64,000 bases of DNA, taken from assembly GCF_006345805.1 (NCBI RefSeq), contig NC_043003.1, positions 10,726,001-10,790,000 on the forward strand, read 5' to 3'. The translations under genes were made by a program, and so were the position numbers. Under the pieces are notes generated by a model. It was not told the origin of the DNA and made no database searches. It saw nothing but the letters and a program-made list of their open reading frames with translations. This DNA is from Octopus sinensis (taxonomy: Eukaryota). Below, piece after piece: positions 52,642 to 64,000 of the stretch (its first letter is position 1; every line of letters starts with the position of its first letter).

Positions 52642-53579
52642 GTGCATTACATCATGCACACACACACACGCTCGCACGAAAGCATCTATTTGAGTAAAAG
52701 AAAGTAAAGAATTAATTAAAAAGAAAGAATATATAGATATATATAGGGTTGTATATTATATTACCTCTGATCCACGATGGAGGGAAATGTTTTTATTTAC
52801 CGCTGTTAAAGTTGATTTTGTTGGAAGCAAACAGTTTTACGAGAGTTTTCGACTGATAACAATTCGTCTTATAGACAGACTCACGCGCACATTGCACGCT
52901 TGTATACGTGTGCGTATTTACGCGTGTGTATGTGTGTGTGTGTGTGTGTTTGTACCGCTTATGTATACGAATACATGTGCGCTTCTACAGATTATGTGTA
53001 CGTATGCGTGCGTGTGTTTTGTATAGTTGGAGAGAGGTGGGTGCCACTTCTTACACTTTAGGGAAGGCAAAAATAGAAAGAACAAAACTAATATAACTTC
53101 CGGTTATTAAGGAAGAGGAACTGAACAGGTTTTGCTTCTCCAACTGTGTCAGTTTCGCGTGATTTTTTTTTTTTAAATATCTGCTTTTCTTGTCCAAACA
53201 AGACGAAGATCGTCTGTGATCTTGCTTGCTGCTTTAAATACAGATTTCTTACATATGCGAGGGGCTCCAGATTTGAAGGAATGGTACGCATGATTTTATC
53301 AATCCCCTGAAGGATAAAAAGAGCAACGTTGATTTCATTCAGAACGTAAGGAGGCGGAATAATTACAAGTTATCTTGTCCGATGAGCTAACGATTTTACA
53401 AATCTATAACGTGGTAAACACCGTAAACGTTGACAAATCGAATCCGTGAAAACTTAGGCATAACTACACAAATGTACCCCACTCATCGACTTATGCATAA
53501 CTACACATATGTGCTCCTTAGCGAATTCATTAGTTTTTTCATGATTTTTTAAAATTTTATATTTTTTAATGTAATTTTC

Positions 53580-53963
53580 GGATCTTTTCGGTTTGAACGG
53601 CAGTTTTTTAAAATAATTTCCACGTAACTAAACACTTTTAAACTTCGTATACAGGTAGAATGTGCTTATAAAACATCTTTTTCTCTTGGCTTTATTGAGA
53701 AAATTCTATAGTTTGTAAGATATTTGTTGTTTTTTCTTCAATTTCTGCAATTTTAACCAATCAATGATGTCTATTGAGGTGAAAACATTGAAACAGATTG
53801 GGTTTATTTACATTTCTGAAGAAAAAAAGATACCCTTCCCCCACCCCTAATCCTAACTCTAAAACAGATTGAAATGCAATAGATCGATACTAGGGTCATA
53901 ATTATGGGTGACAATTTCATATGACACTACTAGAAAAAACTGCCGTTCAAACCGAAAAGATCC
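53580..53963. mobile_element. MITE with about 30-bp TIRs (possibly Merlin-like)
   Basis: GGATCTTTTCGGTTTGAACGGCAGTTTTTT ... AAAAAACTGCCGTTCAAACCGAAAAGATCC, with an imperfect 8-bp flank duplication TAATTTTC/TAATTTGT. Confidence 0.8.
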
Positions 53964-55150
53964 TAATTTGTTAGGAAAATATTTTCGTACATGAGTAAAA
54001 AGTGTTTCGGGTATTTCACACGGATCGACTTTGTTTCTTCATACATTTTCATAATGTATATTACAATTATATTGGGGAAAATACTTTTGAGGATTATTCC
54101 ATCCTTTCCCCTTCAAGAATTTGTTAAATAAATATTTTTAAAAATAAATTACCCTAACCCTATCCCAGGCCTATAGTATACCCAACAGCCATACAAACAA
54201 ATTCGCCTATCTTTTATCTTTCGCTTATTTCAGTCTGCGGCCTTGCTGGGGCAGTGCCTCGATAATTTTTTTTTTTTTTAGTTGAATGAATCAACTTTAG
54301 TACTTATTTGTTTTTTTGGGTTTTTTTATTTTTTAACCAGGTACTTATTCTATAGGTCTCTTCGGGCAAACCGCTACATTACACACACACATATACGTAA
54401 ATGTCAAACAACGGGAATGAGTGCTCAACATCGCATTGGTGGATAAAATTTCTTGATTGCTCCATGTGATCGGCTTGAAAAATTGCTATGGGAGTAAGAT
54501 AATTTTCTTAACATGAAACCAAAGGTAACCTCAATACACACACGCACGCACACATGATCAATGCATCCCGGCGTTGCACGGTTAATACGACCGAAATTCA
54601 CATTCCTTTCTTATGGACAAAATCGGCACGGCTGATATATAGTGAACTGGATGACTGGCGTAATGGAGGTTATTGTTTGTTTAATAGTGAAGGGCGAGGA
54701 TACAATTTGCATGGATTTGCATGAAAGTGCTTTCTGTTCTTAAGAAGGATCACAAACTATGTTTTGTCTCATCGTATAAAAAGGGATTAATACGATTTTG
54801 CCCAGAAATCACGTTTTTAAATTTTTTAATTCCGCACCCCCATCCCCGTCCTCACCACAATTTCTTAATTTTCAACTTTTTCCGATTTTTTTTTTTATCC
54901 ACGTAGAAAAGTACAGAGATTATGAATCAGGGAAATATATATAAATACACATAACTTAATACAGAACACTACTAACCTTTCAATTAATACAACCCATAAA
55001 TTCCATTGCTTTTGAATCTCTTTAACAATTCACAATACTGACTTTTATTCCTACCTCAGTTCATCTAATTGTATATATCTATCGTCACTTTTCATAAAAA
55101 GCCTTTACTTTTTTTTATTTCCAATGTGCATTTTCGTTTATTTTTATTTT

Positions 55151-55227
<77 letters not shown>

Positions 55228-55546
55228 CGCAGCAGTGGCTGTGGGGTAAGTAGCTTGCTTACAAACCACATGGTTCTGGGTTCATTCCCACTGCATGGCA
55301 CCTTCGGCAAGTGTGAGTAGATTTGGTAGACGGAAGCTGAAGGAAGCTCGTCGTGTGTATGTTTGTGTGTCGGTGTTTGTCCCCCAACATCGCTTGACAA
55401 CCGATGCTGGTGTGTTTACGTCCCCGTAACTTAGCGGTTCGGCAAAAAGAGACCGATAGAATAAGTACTAGGCTTCCAAAGAATAAGTCCTTCATCATTG
55501 TCGCAGTCAAATGACTGAAACAAGTAAAAGAGTATATATATATATA

Positions 55547-56412
55547 CTAGCAGTATAGCCCAGCGATGCTCGGAATTAAGTTAGAATTATTAACCTAATC
55601 AAGTGTTTTGTTTCAAACGAAACTAAGTAACACCGACATCAAATTTGAGTGAAATCCGTTGAAATTGGTAAACGTTTGGCTGTAAATGGGTTGCACACAA
55701 TTTGATTGGGAAATCCTATAGGGAATCGGTTTATCGATTGTTTTTTTTTGTTTTTTTTTTTTGAGAACTAAAAGCATTCAAAGATCCTAAGTAACGGCGG
55801 CATCAAGTTTGAACAAAATACATCAAAATTGGTAAAAGTTATGGTTGAAAATGGGGTGTAGCCAGTTTTAGGGAGAAACCCAATAAGGAATCGGTTTATC
55901 GATTTTTCATCCTGATTGAATGAAAAACCCCATAAGGAATCAGTTTATTGATTTTTCACCCCAAATAGGACTTAACCGAACACAACATTGCTGATTCAAA
56001 AATTCTATATTTATACTTTTAAAGTTGGTTTTCAAACCCAACCTAGTTCTGCAGAATCAATGTCGCGACGGGAACGCATGGGTTGGGAGTTTGACCGGCA
56101 GAGGTGATCAGGTTGCATATACTGGCCCTTTAGAAACCACCATTCCCATTATTTAACCACCCTTGACCAAAGAGTTGGGAGCCCTTCCAGCAAGGAAAAT
56201 AGAACGCCCAAAAGGGCTCTCAATCTTCTGTGTCAGAAGAGGTTAAGTTCGGATCACAACTAAGCCTTAACCTACGCCTAAGCTAACCTAGCGAAAGGGG
56301 GCTCAGGAGCCTCTGAAAGGCAGCGACTAATCCCGATCTAGACCTAACCACTCCTAGGGGTATTATCGGTCAAGGCTGCATCGAAGATATGCATTGGAGA
56401 AGGTTTGCACGC

Positions 56413-56420
<8 letters not shown>
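55547..56420 (-). mobile_element. Non-autonomous Helitron-like element
   Basis: Minus-strand end ..CCGAGCATCGCTGGGCTATACTGCTAG|T (hairpin plus CTAG); the other end is lost in (TA)n. Confidence 0.55.
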
Positions 56421-56463
<43 letters not shown>

Positions 56464-56464
<1 letters not shown>

Positions 56465-56870
56465 TAGCAGCTAAGCCCAGTTTCACCCGGTCTGTTTAGA
56501 TGATGTGGCTGTGATCGTTTTCGGTCAGGCATAATCTGTAACAGTGTTTCTCAACTTTATCATTTCGGGTCCCCTGTTTCGATTGGAGCCTCCAGCTATA
56601 TGAAAATTTCCTGGTCCCTCCCCGTCAGAAAACAGCTTCTAAGCAACTGGTTGTTTTAATGGCGGAAGAAAGAAGGGAATTCCATTAGAAAAGTTTTAAT
56701 CGATTTTTTTCGGTAAGTATGGGGTCTAAGTAAAAAATACAAATCGCATTCCAATCTATACACCCATCTCCACATGTGTGCCGTTTTTCATGCGAATCCA
56801 CCCAGCCGTTTGGCTGTGAACCTCAGGACAAGAAAGAATACAACGATCGCCCATGTTCAATTTATATTAT
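56464..56870 (-). mobile_element. Second Helitron-like element
   Basis: Minus-strand end ..CCGGGTGAAACTGGGCTTAGCTGCTAG|T; flanked by (TA)n. Confidence 0.55.
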
Positions 56871-56872
56871 AC

Positions 56873-56906
<34 letters not shown>

Positions 56907-56909
56907 ATA

Positions 56910-56960
<51 letters not shown>

Positions 56961-57256
56961 GAAAGAATAGAGTCGAACGACGATTTTAACAAAATTCCTT
57001 TGCTCTCGACACATGTTTCGAAGGCTGCATATTCCTAATTCCGAAGGAATAAAGAGTGCATTATGCCGCCATCTCATCAGGAAAGACAAGGAACTTATGT
57101 CAGCACCATGAAGACATACCGAATTATCCATACTAGGATAATTCTTTCACCTTCTTATATATATATATGTATATATATATATATCCATACATACACACAC
57201 AATATGTCACATTCTCTACTATATATATATGTATATATCCATGCATATATGGGTAC

Positions 57257-57348
<92 letters not shown>

Positions 57349-58139
57349 CTTTCTTCATCCCAAGGCTATAGTAGAAGACACTTGCCCACGGTTCCATGCA
57401 ATGGGACTGAACCCAGAATCATGTGGTTGGAAAGCAAGCTACTTACCACACAGCCACTCCTGAGTATGTATATTTCAAAAATTTCTTAAAAACATAACAA
57501 ACAAAAAATTTGTAGCTAATTTCTCAGCAGTCAATGTCCAAAAGTTCCTTACAATTTCGTGCCTTTAACATTTATATTGTTCACTTTTGGTGGCGCCAGT
57601 GGCGAAAAGCCACCGGGAATAGCTAACGAACTTACAGGACAATAACAAAAACAAACACGACAAAATAAAATATAGATATACAACAAAAAGAGCGGTGCAA
57701 CAGAAAGCCAGACAGATATGGGAGACGGGCTTCTTTCAGTTTCCGTCAACCAAATCCACTCACAAGGCTTTAGTCGGCCCGGGGCTATAGTAAAAGACAC
57801 TTACCCAAGGTGGCATGCAGTGGAACTGAACCAGTCAAGTACAAAAGTCGAGGTATCGAATTAGTCCCACCCTTCAAAATTGCTGGCCTTGTGTGAGAAT
57901 TAGAAAGTGTTACAAACTAAACTAAAATGGCGAGCTTGTTGAATCGGTAGAGCGTTTGACCTGACGGTATTTCTTCAGAGTTCAAATTCAACTGAGGTCA
58001 ACTTTTCCTTTCGTCCTTTCGGGGTCGAAGAAATAAGTACCAGTCGCGCACTGGAAGTCGAAGTAATCGACTTCCACCTTCCCTCAAAATTGCTGGCCTC
58101 GTGTTAAAATTTGAAACCCTTTTGGAATAACTAATAACT

Positions 58140-58490
58140 AGGCGCAAGAGTGGCTGTGTGGTAAATAGCTTGCTTCCCAACCACATGGTTCTGGGTTCAG
58201 TCCCACTGCATGGTACCTTGGGCAAGTATCTTCTATGATAGCCTCGGGCTGACCAAGGCCCTGTGAGTGGATTTGGTAGACGAAAACTGAATGAAGCCTG
58301 TCGTGTGTGTGTGTGTCCCTACTTGACAACCGATGCTGGTGTGTTTACGTCCCCGTAACTTGGCGGTTCGGCAAAAGCGACCGATAGAGTAAGTACTAAG
58401 CTTAGAAAAAAATAAGTCCCGAGGTCTATTTGTTTGAGAAAAGGCGATGCTCCAGCATGACCAGAGTAAAAGTGCAAAAGAGTAAAAGAG
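58140..58490 (+). mobile_element. tRNA-derived SINE with CORE-like CCTTGGGCAAG segment (most abundant family)
   Basis: GGCGCA(A/G)GAGTGGCTGTGTGGTAA head, GGTTCAGTCCC B-box, internal (TG)n, GTAAAAGA-repeat tail. Further copies at about 85-182, 4175-4335, 5090-5285, 7810-8210, 23270-23435, 24955-25370, 28045-28450, 43770-44165, 55225-55532, 57345-57462, 60360-61130, 63618-64000. Confidence 0.85.
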
Positions 58491-58592
58491 TAAACCGAAT
58501 CAGGCAAAGTTCAAAAACTAATAAAACTTGCGTTTTGGGATTTGGCTTGCAAGATTCTTTATGTGAGTTCGTGTGTTGAAGCATATTTTATT

Positions 58593-58757
58593 GTGTCTGG
58601 GGAGAGCCATTCTCTATTGGTGCCTTATAACTTAACACACTCACCGGTAAAATTTCCACTCAAAATATAGAAAATTAAATAAATAAATGAGTGGAAATTT
58701 TACTGGTGAGTGTGTTAAATTATAAGGCATTAAAAGAGAATGACTCTCCCCAGAGAC
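58593..58757. repeat. Foldback hairpin (about 70-bp arms)
   Basis: CTGGGGAGAG..CACACTCACCGGTAAAATTTCCACTC mirrored by GAGTGGAAATTTTACTGGTGAGTGTG..CTCTCCCCAG. Confidence 0.85.
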
Positions 58758-59065
58758 AGCGGAATAAAACTTGTGTGTTATTAATTACAGCCTGTTACAT
58801 ACTGACTTTAAGTTCGGTCCAGCTCAGCTTCTTTATCCGTTATCCTTCTGGGATTAATAAAATAAAGTAGCGGCCAAGCGATTTACTGTTGTTATTTTGC
58901 ACTCGGATTATGAATGGAATTATGATGTAACTTAAAGAAAGGAAATAATAAGAGCAGAAATTAATATTATTAAATAATATCAATTTTAATTAGTGGTCAG
59001 CATACTTAAGAACGTCCGACGACAGTGAATTTTATTTAAACATAAACAATATGAGAGATCAGTAT

Positions 59066-59213
59066 ATGGATCAGTTGTATGCTAAAAATAGACGTCAAAC
59101 CGTCTTACCACTAAATCTGTGGTCTAATTAAGTGCTAGCGTGTTACTAAGTTGAGAACACAGATTTAGTGGTAAGACGGTTTGACATCTATTTTTAGCAT
59201 ATAATGGATCCAT
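59066..59213. repeat. Foldback hairpin (about 60-bp arms)
   Basis: TATGCTAAAAATAGACGTCAAACCGTCTTACCACTAAATCTGTG mirrored by CACAGATTTAGTGGTAAGACGGTTTGACATCTATTTTTAGCATA. Confidence 0.85.
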
Positions 59214-59716
59214 GTAGTTTATGTCTAAGAAAGAAGGGAAAAGGGAGGTAACTCTGTTATTCATATTTCATATATTTTTCACTTACATTTTGGAAAGAAT
59301 CTGTTCTTCAGTTTTGATTCTCAATTGGAACGATCGTAAAAACGTTACTATTGTAAGCACGCTGGACAAAATACATGGCGGCATTTCTCTCTGATAACCA
59401 TCATGTTCTGAGTTCAAATGCTGTCGAGACCGACTTTACTTTCAAATTTACGGAGTCGATAGAATATGTACCAGTTGACCACTGAAATCGAAATTACTGG
59501 ACATGCACCAAACATTAGAAAGAATAGCATTCTTTGGTTATTTAATATAATCTCTTGTATATTTAATATAATCTCTTTAATATAATCTCAGCGTGGTCAA
59601 TGCTTATGTCGATGAGACTTGGTAGAAAAGAATGAAGGGTAGAGTTATGTTATGGAGTTAGTTTCCTTAAAAAGTGACCGCGAGGAGGTGAATGGTGTAT
59701 AACAGGAAGATAACAA

Positions 59717-60135
59717 GGGCGGCGATCTGGCAGAAACGTTAGCACGCCGGGCGAAATGCTTAGCGGTATTTCGTCTGCGTTACGTTGTGAGTTCAAATTC
59801 CGCCGAGGTCGACTTTGCCTTTCATCCTTTCGGGGTCGATAAATTAAGTACCAGTTGCGTACTGGGGTCTATGTAATCGACTTAATACCTATGTCTGTCC
59901 TTGTTTGTCCCCTCTTTGTTTAGCCCCTTGTGGGTAATAAAGAAATAGGTATTTCGTCTGCCACTACATTTTGAGTTCAAAATGCCGCCGAGGTCGACTT
60001 TACTTTTCATCCTTTCGGGGTCGATAAATTAAGTACCAGTTACGCACTGGGGTCGATGTAATCGACTTAATACGTTTGTCTGTCCTTGTTTGCCTCCCCC
60101 ACTATGTTTAGCCCCTTGTGGGCAATAAAGAAATT
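59717..60135 (+). mobile_element. tRNA-derived SINE, Nin-domain-like family (well preserved, internally duplicated)
   Basis: GGCGGCGA(G/T)CTGGCAGAAACGTTAGC head, GAGTTCAAATTCC B-box, GCCTTTCATCCTTTCGGGGTCGATAAATTAAGTACC core. Further copies at about 189-362, 5645-5780, 16481-16690, 20356-20770, 26160-27125, 37022-37255, 39757-40095, 41778-42300, 46168-46396, 61166-61400, 63106-63470. Confidence 0.85.
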
Positions 60136-62325
60136 AGAGGAAGATAACACAAGAATGGGTCAGAGTAGGTTATGTAACGGGGTGTGGCAAAGGAAGATGG
60201 CTCCAGGAAAGAATGACAGTAGCCGAAGTTGTAGAGAACATATTTATTTCTTCATTACATCTAATTAAAGCCAAACCACGACGGGCAGGCGTGTATAAAA
60301 AACAGTCAGAAAGCATACGAAATAACTGAAAATAATACATATATATAGATGTATATATTCTTTTATTCGTTTGTCATTTGACTACGGCCATGCTGGGGCA
60401 CCGCCTTTAGTCGAACAAATCGACCCCAGGACTTATTCTTTGTAAGCCTAGTACTTATTCTATCGGTCTCTTTTGCCGAACCACTAAGTTACGGGGACGT
60501 AAACACACCAGCATCGGTTGTTAAGCGATGTTGGAGGGACAAACACAGACACACAAACATATACATATATATATATATACTCTTTACTCTCTTTTACTCT
60601 TTTACTTGTTTCAGTCATTTGACTGCGGCCATGCTGGAGCACCACCTTTTTTTAGTACTTATTCTATCGGTCTCTTTTTGCCGAACCGCTAAGTGACGGG
60701 GACCTAAATACACCAGCATCGGTTATCAAGCAATGCTAGGGGGACAAACATAGACACACAAACACACGCATACATATATATATACATATATACGACAGGC
60801 TTCTTTCAGTTTCCGTCTACCAAATCCACTCACAAGGCATTGGTCGGCCCGGGGCTATAGCAGAAGACACTTGCCCAAGATGCCACGCAGTGGGACTGAA
60901 CCCGCAACCGTGTGGTTGGTTAGCAAGCTACTTACCACACAGCCACTCCTGCGCCTATATATATATATATATACGACGGGCTTCTTTCAGTTTCCGTCTA
61001 CCAAATCCACTCACAAGGCTTTGGTCGGCCCGAGGCTATAGCAGAAGACACTTGCCCAAGGTGCCATGCGGTGGAACTGAACCCGGAACCATGTGGTCGG
61101 TAAGCATGCTACTTACCACACAGCCACTCCTTTATGAAGTTTTTGAACTGACTACGGTAATCCCTCTATTTCTTTACTACCCACAAGGGGCTAAACACAG
61201 AGGGGACAAACAAGGATAGACAAACGGATTAAGTCGATTACATCAACCCCAGTGCGTAACTGGTACTTATTTTATCGACCCCGAAAGGATGAAAGGTTAA
61301 GTCGACCTCGGCGGAATTTGAACTCAGAACGTAACGGCAGACGAAATACGGCTACGCATTTCGCCCGGCGTGCTAACGTTTTTGCCAGCTCCCTCGCCCT
61401 ATCGCGGTTCGCCTATCACGGTTTATTATTTAAGCTTACGTCGATTCTTCAGTGGTGTTGTTTTACATTTATAATAAAATAAATATATACAAATTATTCA
61501 AATAATTTTTTAAATAATATACAGTACAGTACTGTTTCTACTTCGTGGATTTTCACCTATTGTGGGATGTTTTGGAACGTAACACCCGCGATAGTCGAGG
61601 GTTTACTGTAAACTGTAACATGTTTTCAAATGTAAGGTTAATATATCCTTGTAGTGAAAAGGGGACTGGGAACTTTGACAAGGATCTGGTCTAACACTGG
61701 GACACATTCGTTATTTAGGGTAATGGAAGCGACAGTCAGGACTGGTGCCTTTGTTATGTAGAAGCGTGTTGTGCGTGTGTGCATAAAATGTAAAAACACT
61801 GCTGTGACGAGTTGTGTCCCTTTGTATTTCAAGGGAGTTTAGTCATTCGATAAATCTAGATCAGAGGTTCTCAAACATTTTGGGCCACCGCCCCTCTCAT
61901 GGCCACATAATACCCTCAGCACCTCCACCCCTATTTTTATGTATGAATAAATATTTTATATTTTACTAATTTATATATACTATGAATCATTTGATATTTA
62001 ATATAATATTATATATTTTGTATACAATGCTATGCTTTTATTCCTTTATTTGTTTCAGTCATTTGACTACGGCCATGCTGGAGCACCGCCTTTAGTCGAG
62101 CAAATCTACCCCAGGACTTATTCTTTGTAACCCTAGTACTTATTCTATCTATTCCCTTTTGCCGAACCACTAAGTTACGGGGCTGTAAACACACCACCAT
62201 CGGTTGTCAAGCGATGCTGGGGAGACAAACACAGATACACACACATAATAATAATAATTGTTATTATTATTATAATTATTATTATTATTATTATATTATT
62301 ATTATTATAGTTATAATAAAAATAA

Positions 62326-62913
62326 GTGCAGAATCTGTGGACAAAACGGTAAAACCATATGGCATATTACCAGCCAATGTACGCCACTAGCTCAGAAGGA
62401 ATATGAGACGTTACGACAATATAACCAGGCTTGTCCATTGGACACTTTGCTACAAGTATGGACTTGAGAGAATAAAAAATTGGTACGACCACAGACCTGA
62501 AGGCATCATCGAAAATGGAAATGCAAAGATCGTATGGGATTTTATGATTCAGTGTGACCATGAGATAGAGAATAGGAAGCTGGACATAGTCTTAATTGAG
62601 AAAGAAAACAAACGATGCTGGATCATAGATATAGCATACCCCAGCTGCCAACAAGGTATGCGATAAGGAAGAAAGAAAAGTCGAGAGATATGACAGGTTA
62701 GCTTGGGAAGTCAAGCAATTGTGGTCGATGAAAAGGTGGTAGTATTACCAATAATTGTTGGAGCCCTGGGAACTGAGCAAAAATCTCAAGAAGTACATGA
62801 GACAAATAGGGGCTGCAATAAGGGTGGAGCACTTGAGGAAAACAGCACCGCTTGGAACCGCTCGAATACTCCGGAAGGTGCTCGAAAAATAAGAGGTGTT
62901 ACCTTAGTTCACT
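62326..62913 (+). mobile_element. R4/Dong-type non-LTR retrotransposon 3' fragment (CCHC knuckle plus restriction-like endonuclease)
   Basis: CRICGQNGKTIWHITSQC, YDNITRLVHW, IVWDFMIQCDHEIENRKLDIVLIEKENKRCWIIDIA, PIIVGALG, LGTARILRKVLEK*. Frameshifted and abutting an (ATT)n tract. Confidence 0.85.
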
Positions 62914-62919
62914 GATAAT

Positions 62920-63060
62920 ATCGAAAAATACCTTAGGAATGAGAACCCAGGTTCGAAATTTCCCCAAGACACCTGATTGAAAGCTGGAGGGTATATTAGC
63001 TGAAACGTTGTGTTAACAACAAACAAGATGAGGACAAATATCCATCAAATGTAAATAATT
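62920..63060 (+). mobile_element. Tail of the hammerhead-bearing element
   Basis: Same sequence as about 493-628; core reads CTGATTGA..GAAACGTTGTGTT. Confidence 0.75.
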
Positions 63061-63817
63061 TAAGTTGTATCTTATATTGTAATGATGAAAATAAAGGGCC
63101 AGAAGGGCAGCGAGCTGTCAGAATCATTAGCACGCCAGGTGAAATGTTTAGCAATATTTCATCTGCCGTTATGAGGTCGACTTTCAGGGTAGATAAATTA
63201 GGTACCAGTCAAGTACTGGACTCGATCTAATTGACTGGCACCTTCCCCCAAAATTTCGGGCCTTGAGCCTAGAGTAGAAAAGAAATGTTAGCACACCGAG
63301 TGAAATGCTTTGCGGTATTTCATCTGCCGCTACGTTCTGAGTTCAAATTCCGCCAAAGTCGACTTTGCCTTTCATCCTTTCGGAGTCAATAAATTAAATA
63401 CCAGTCAAGTACTGGGGTCAATCTAATTGATTGGCCCCTCCTCCAAAATTTCGAGTCTTGTGCCTACAGTAAAAAAAATAATAAATAAATGGCCAGTTCA
63501 ACAATTTTTTTTTTTACCTTTCTTCAATTTTAATTACTACACACCACCATTACACAGTAATCCCTCACCATACCACGCACTCAATACATCACATATTTTT
63601 CTGGTTAATATATTTTTTTTACTTGTTTCAGTCATTTGACTGTGGCCATGCTGGAGCACCGCCTTTAGTCGAGCAAATCGACCCCAGGACTTATTCTTTG
63701 TAAGCCTAGTACTTATTCTATCAGTCTCTTTTGCCGAACCACAAAGTTACGGGGATGTAAACACACCAGTATCGGTTGTCAAGCGATGTTGGGGGGACCA
63801 AACACAGACACAAACAT

Positions 63818-63866
<49 letters not shown>

Positions 63867-64000
63867 CACATACATACAACGGCTTCTTTCAGTTTCCGTC
63901 TACCAAATCCACTCACAAGGTGTTGGTCGGCCCGAGGCTATAGTAGAAGACACTTGCCCAAGTTGCCACGCATGGGACTGAACCCAGAACCATGTGGTTC

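Overview
AT-rich, microsatellite- and SINE-saturated eukaryotic DNA. The repeat families look like those of a coleoid cephalopod, most likely Octopus (inferred from recalled repeat families, not searched). One real protein-coding gene is recognisable, on the minus strand: an RLIG1/C12orf29 5'-3' RNA ligase homologue. Two clear coding exons (31886-31679, carrying the catalytic EKVDG lysine at residue 57, and 1066-936) join in frame across a 30.6-kb intron, and the gene continues left of the window. A candidate upstream exon (37412-37319) splices in frame and would add a mitochondrial-presequence-like peptide. The rest is decayed mariner transposons, Dong/R4 and RTE LINE fragments, several tRNA-derived SINE families, Helitron-like and MITE/foldback elements, and mini/microsatellites. 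Nearly all entries in the ORF track are simple-repeat or SINE artefacts. Leading observations: (1) the putative mitochondrial-targeting exon of the RNA ligase; (2) a long-range inverted pair in the intron whose mismatches are almost all G-U compatible in the RLIG1 sense RNA and which covers a 5' splice-site motif; (3) a head-to-head element combining a tRNA-like Pol III head with a Penelope-type minimal hammerhead ribozyme.
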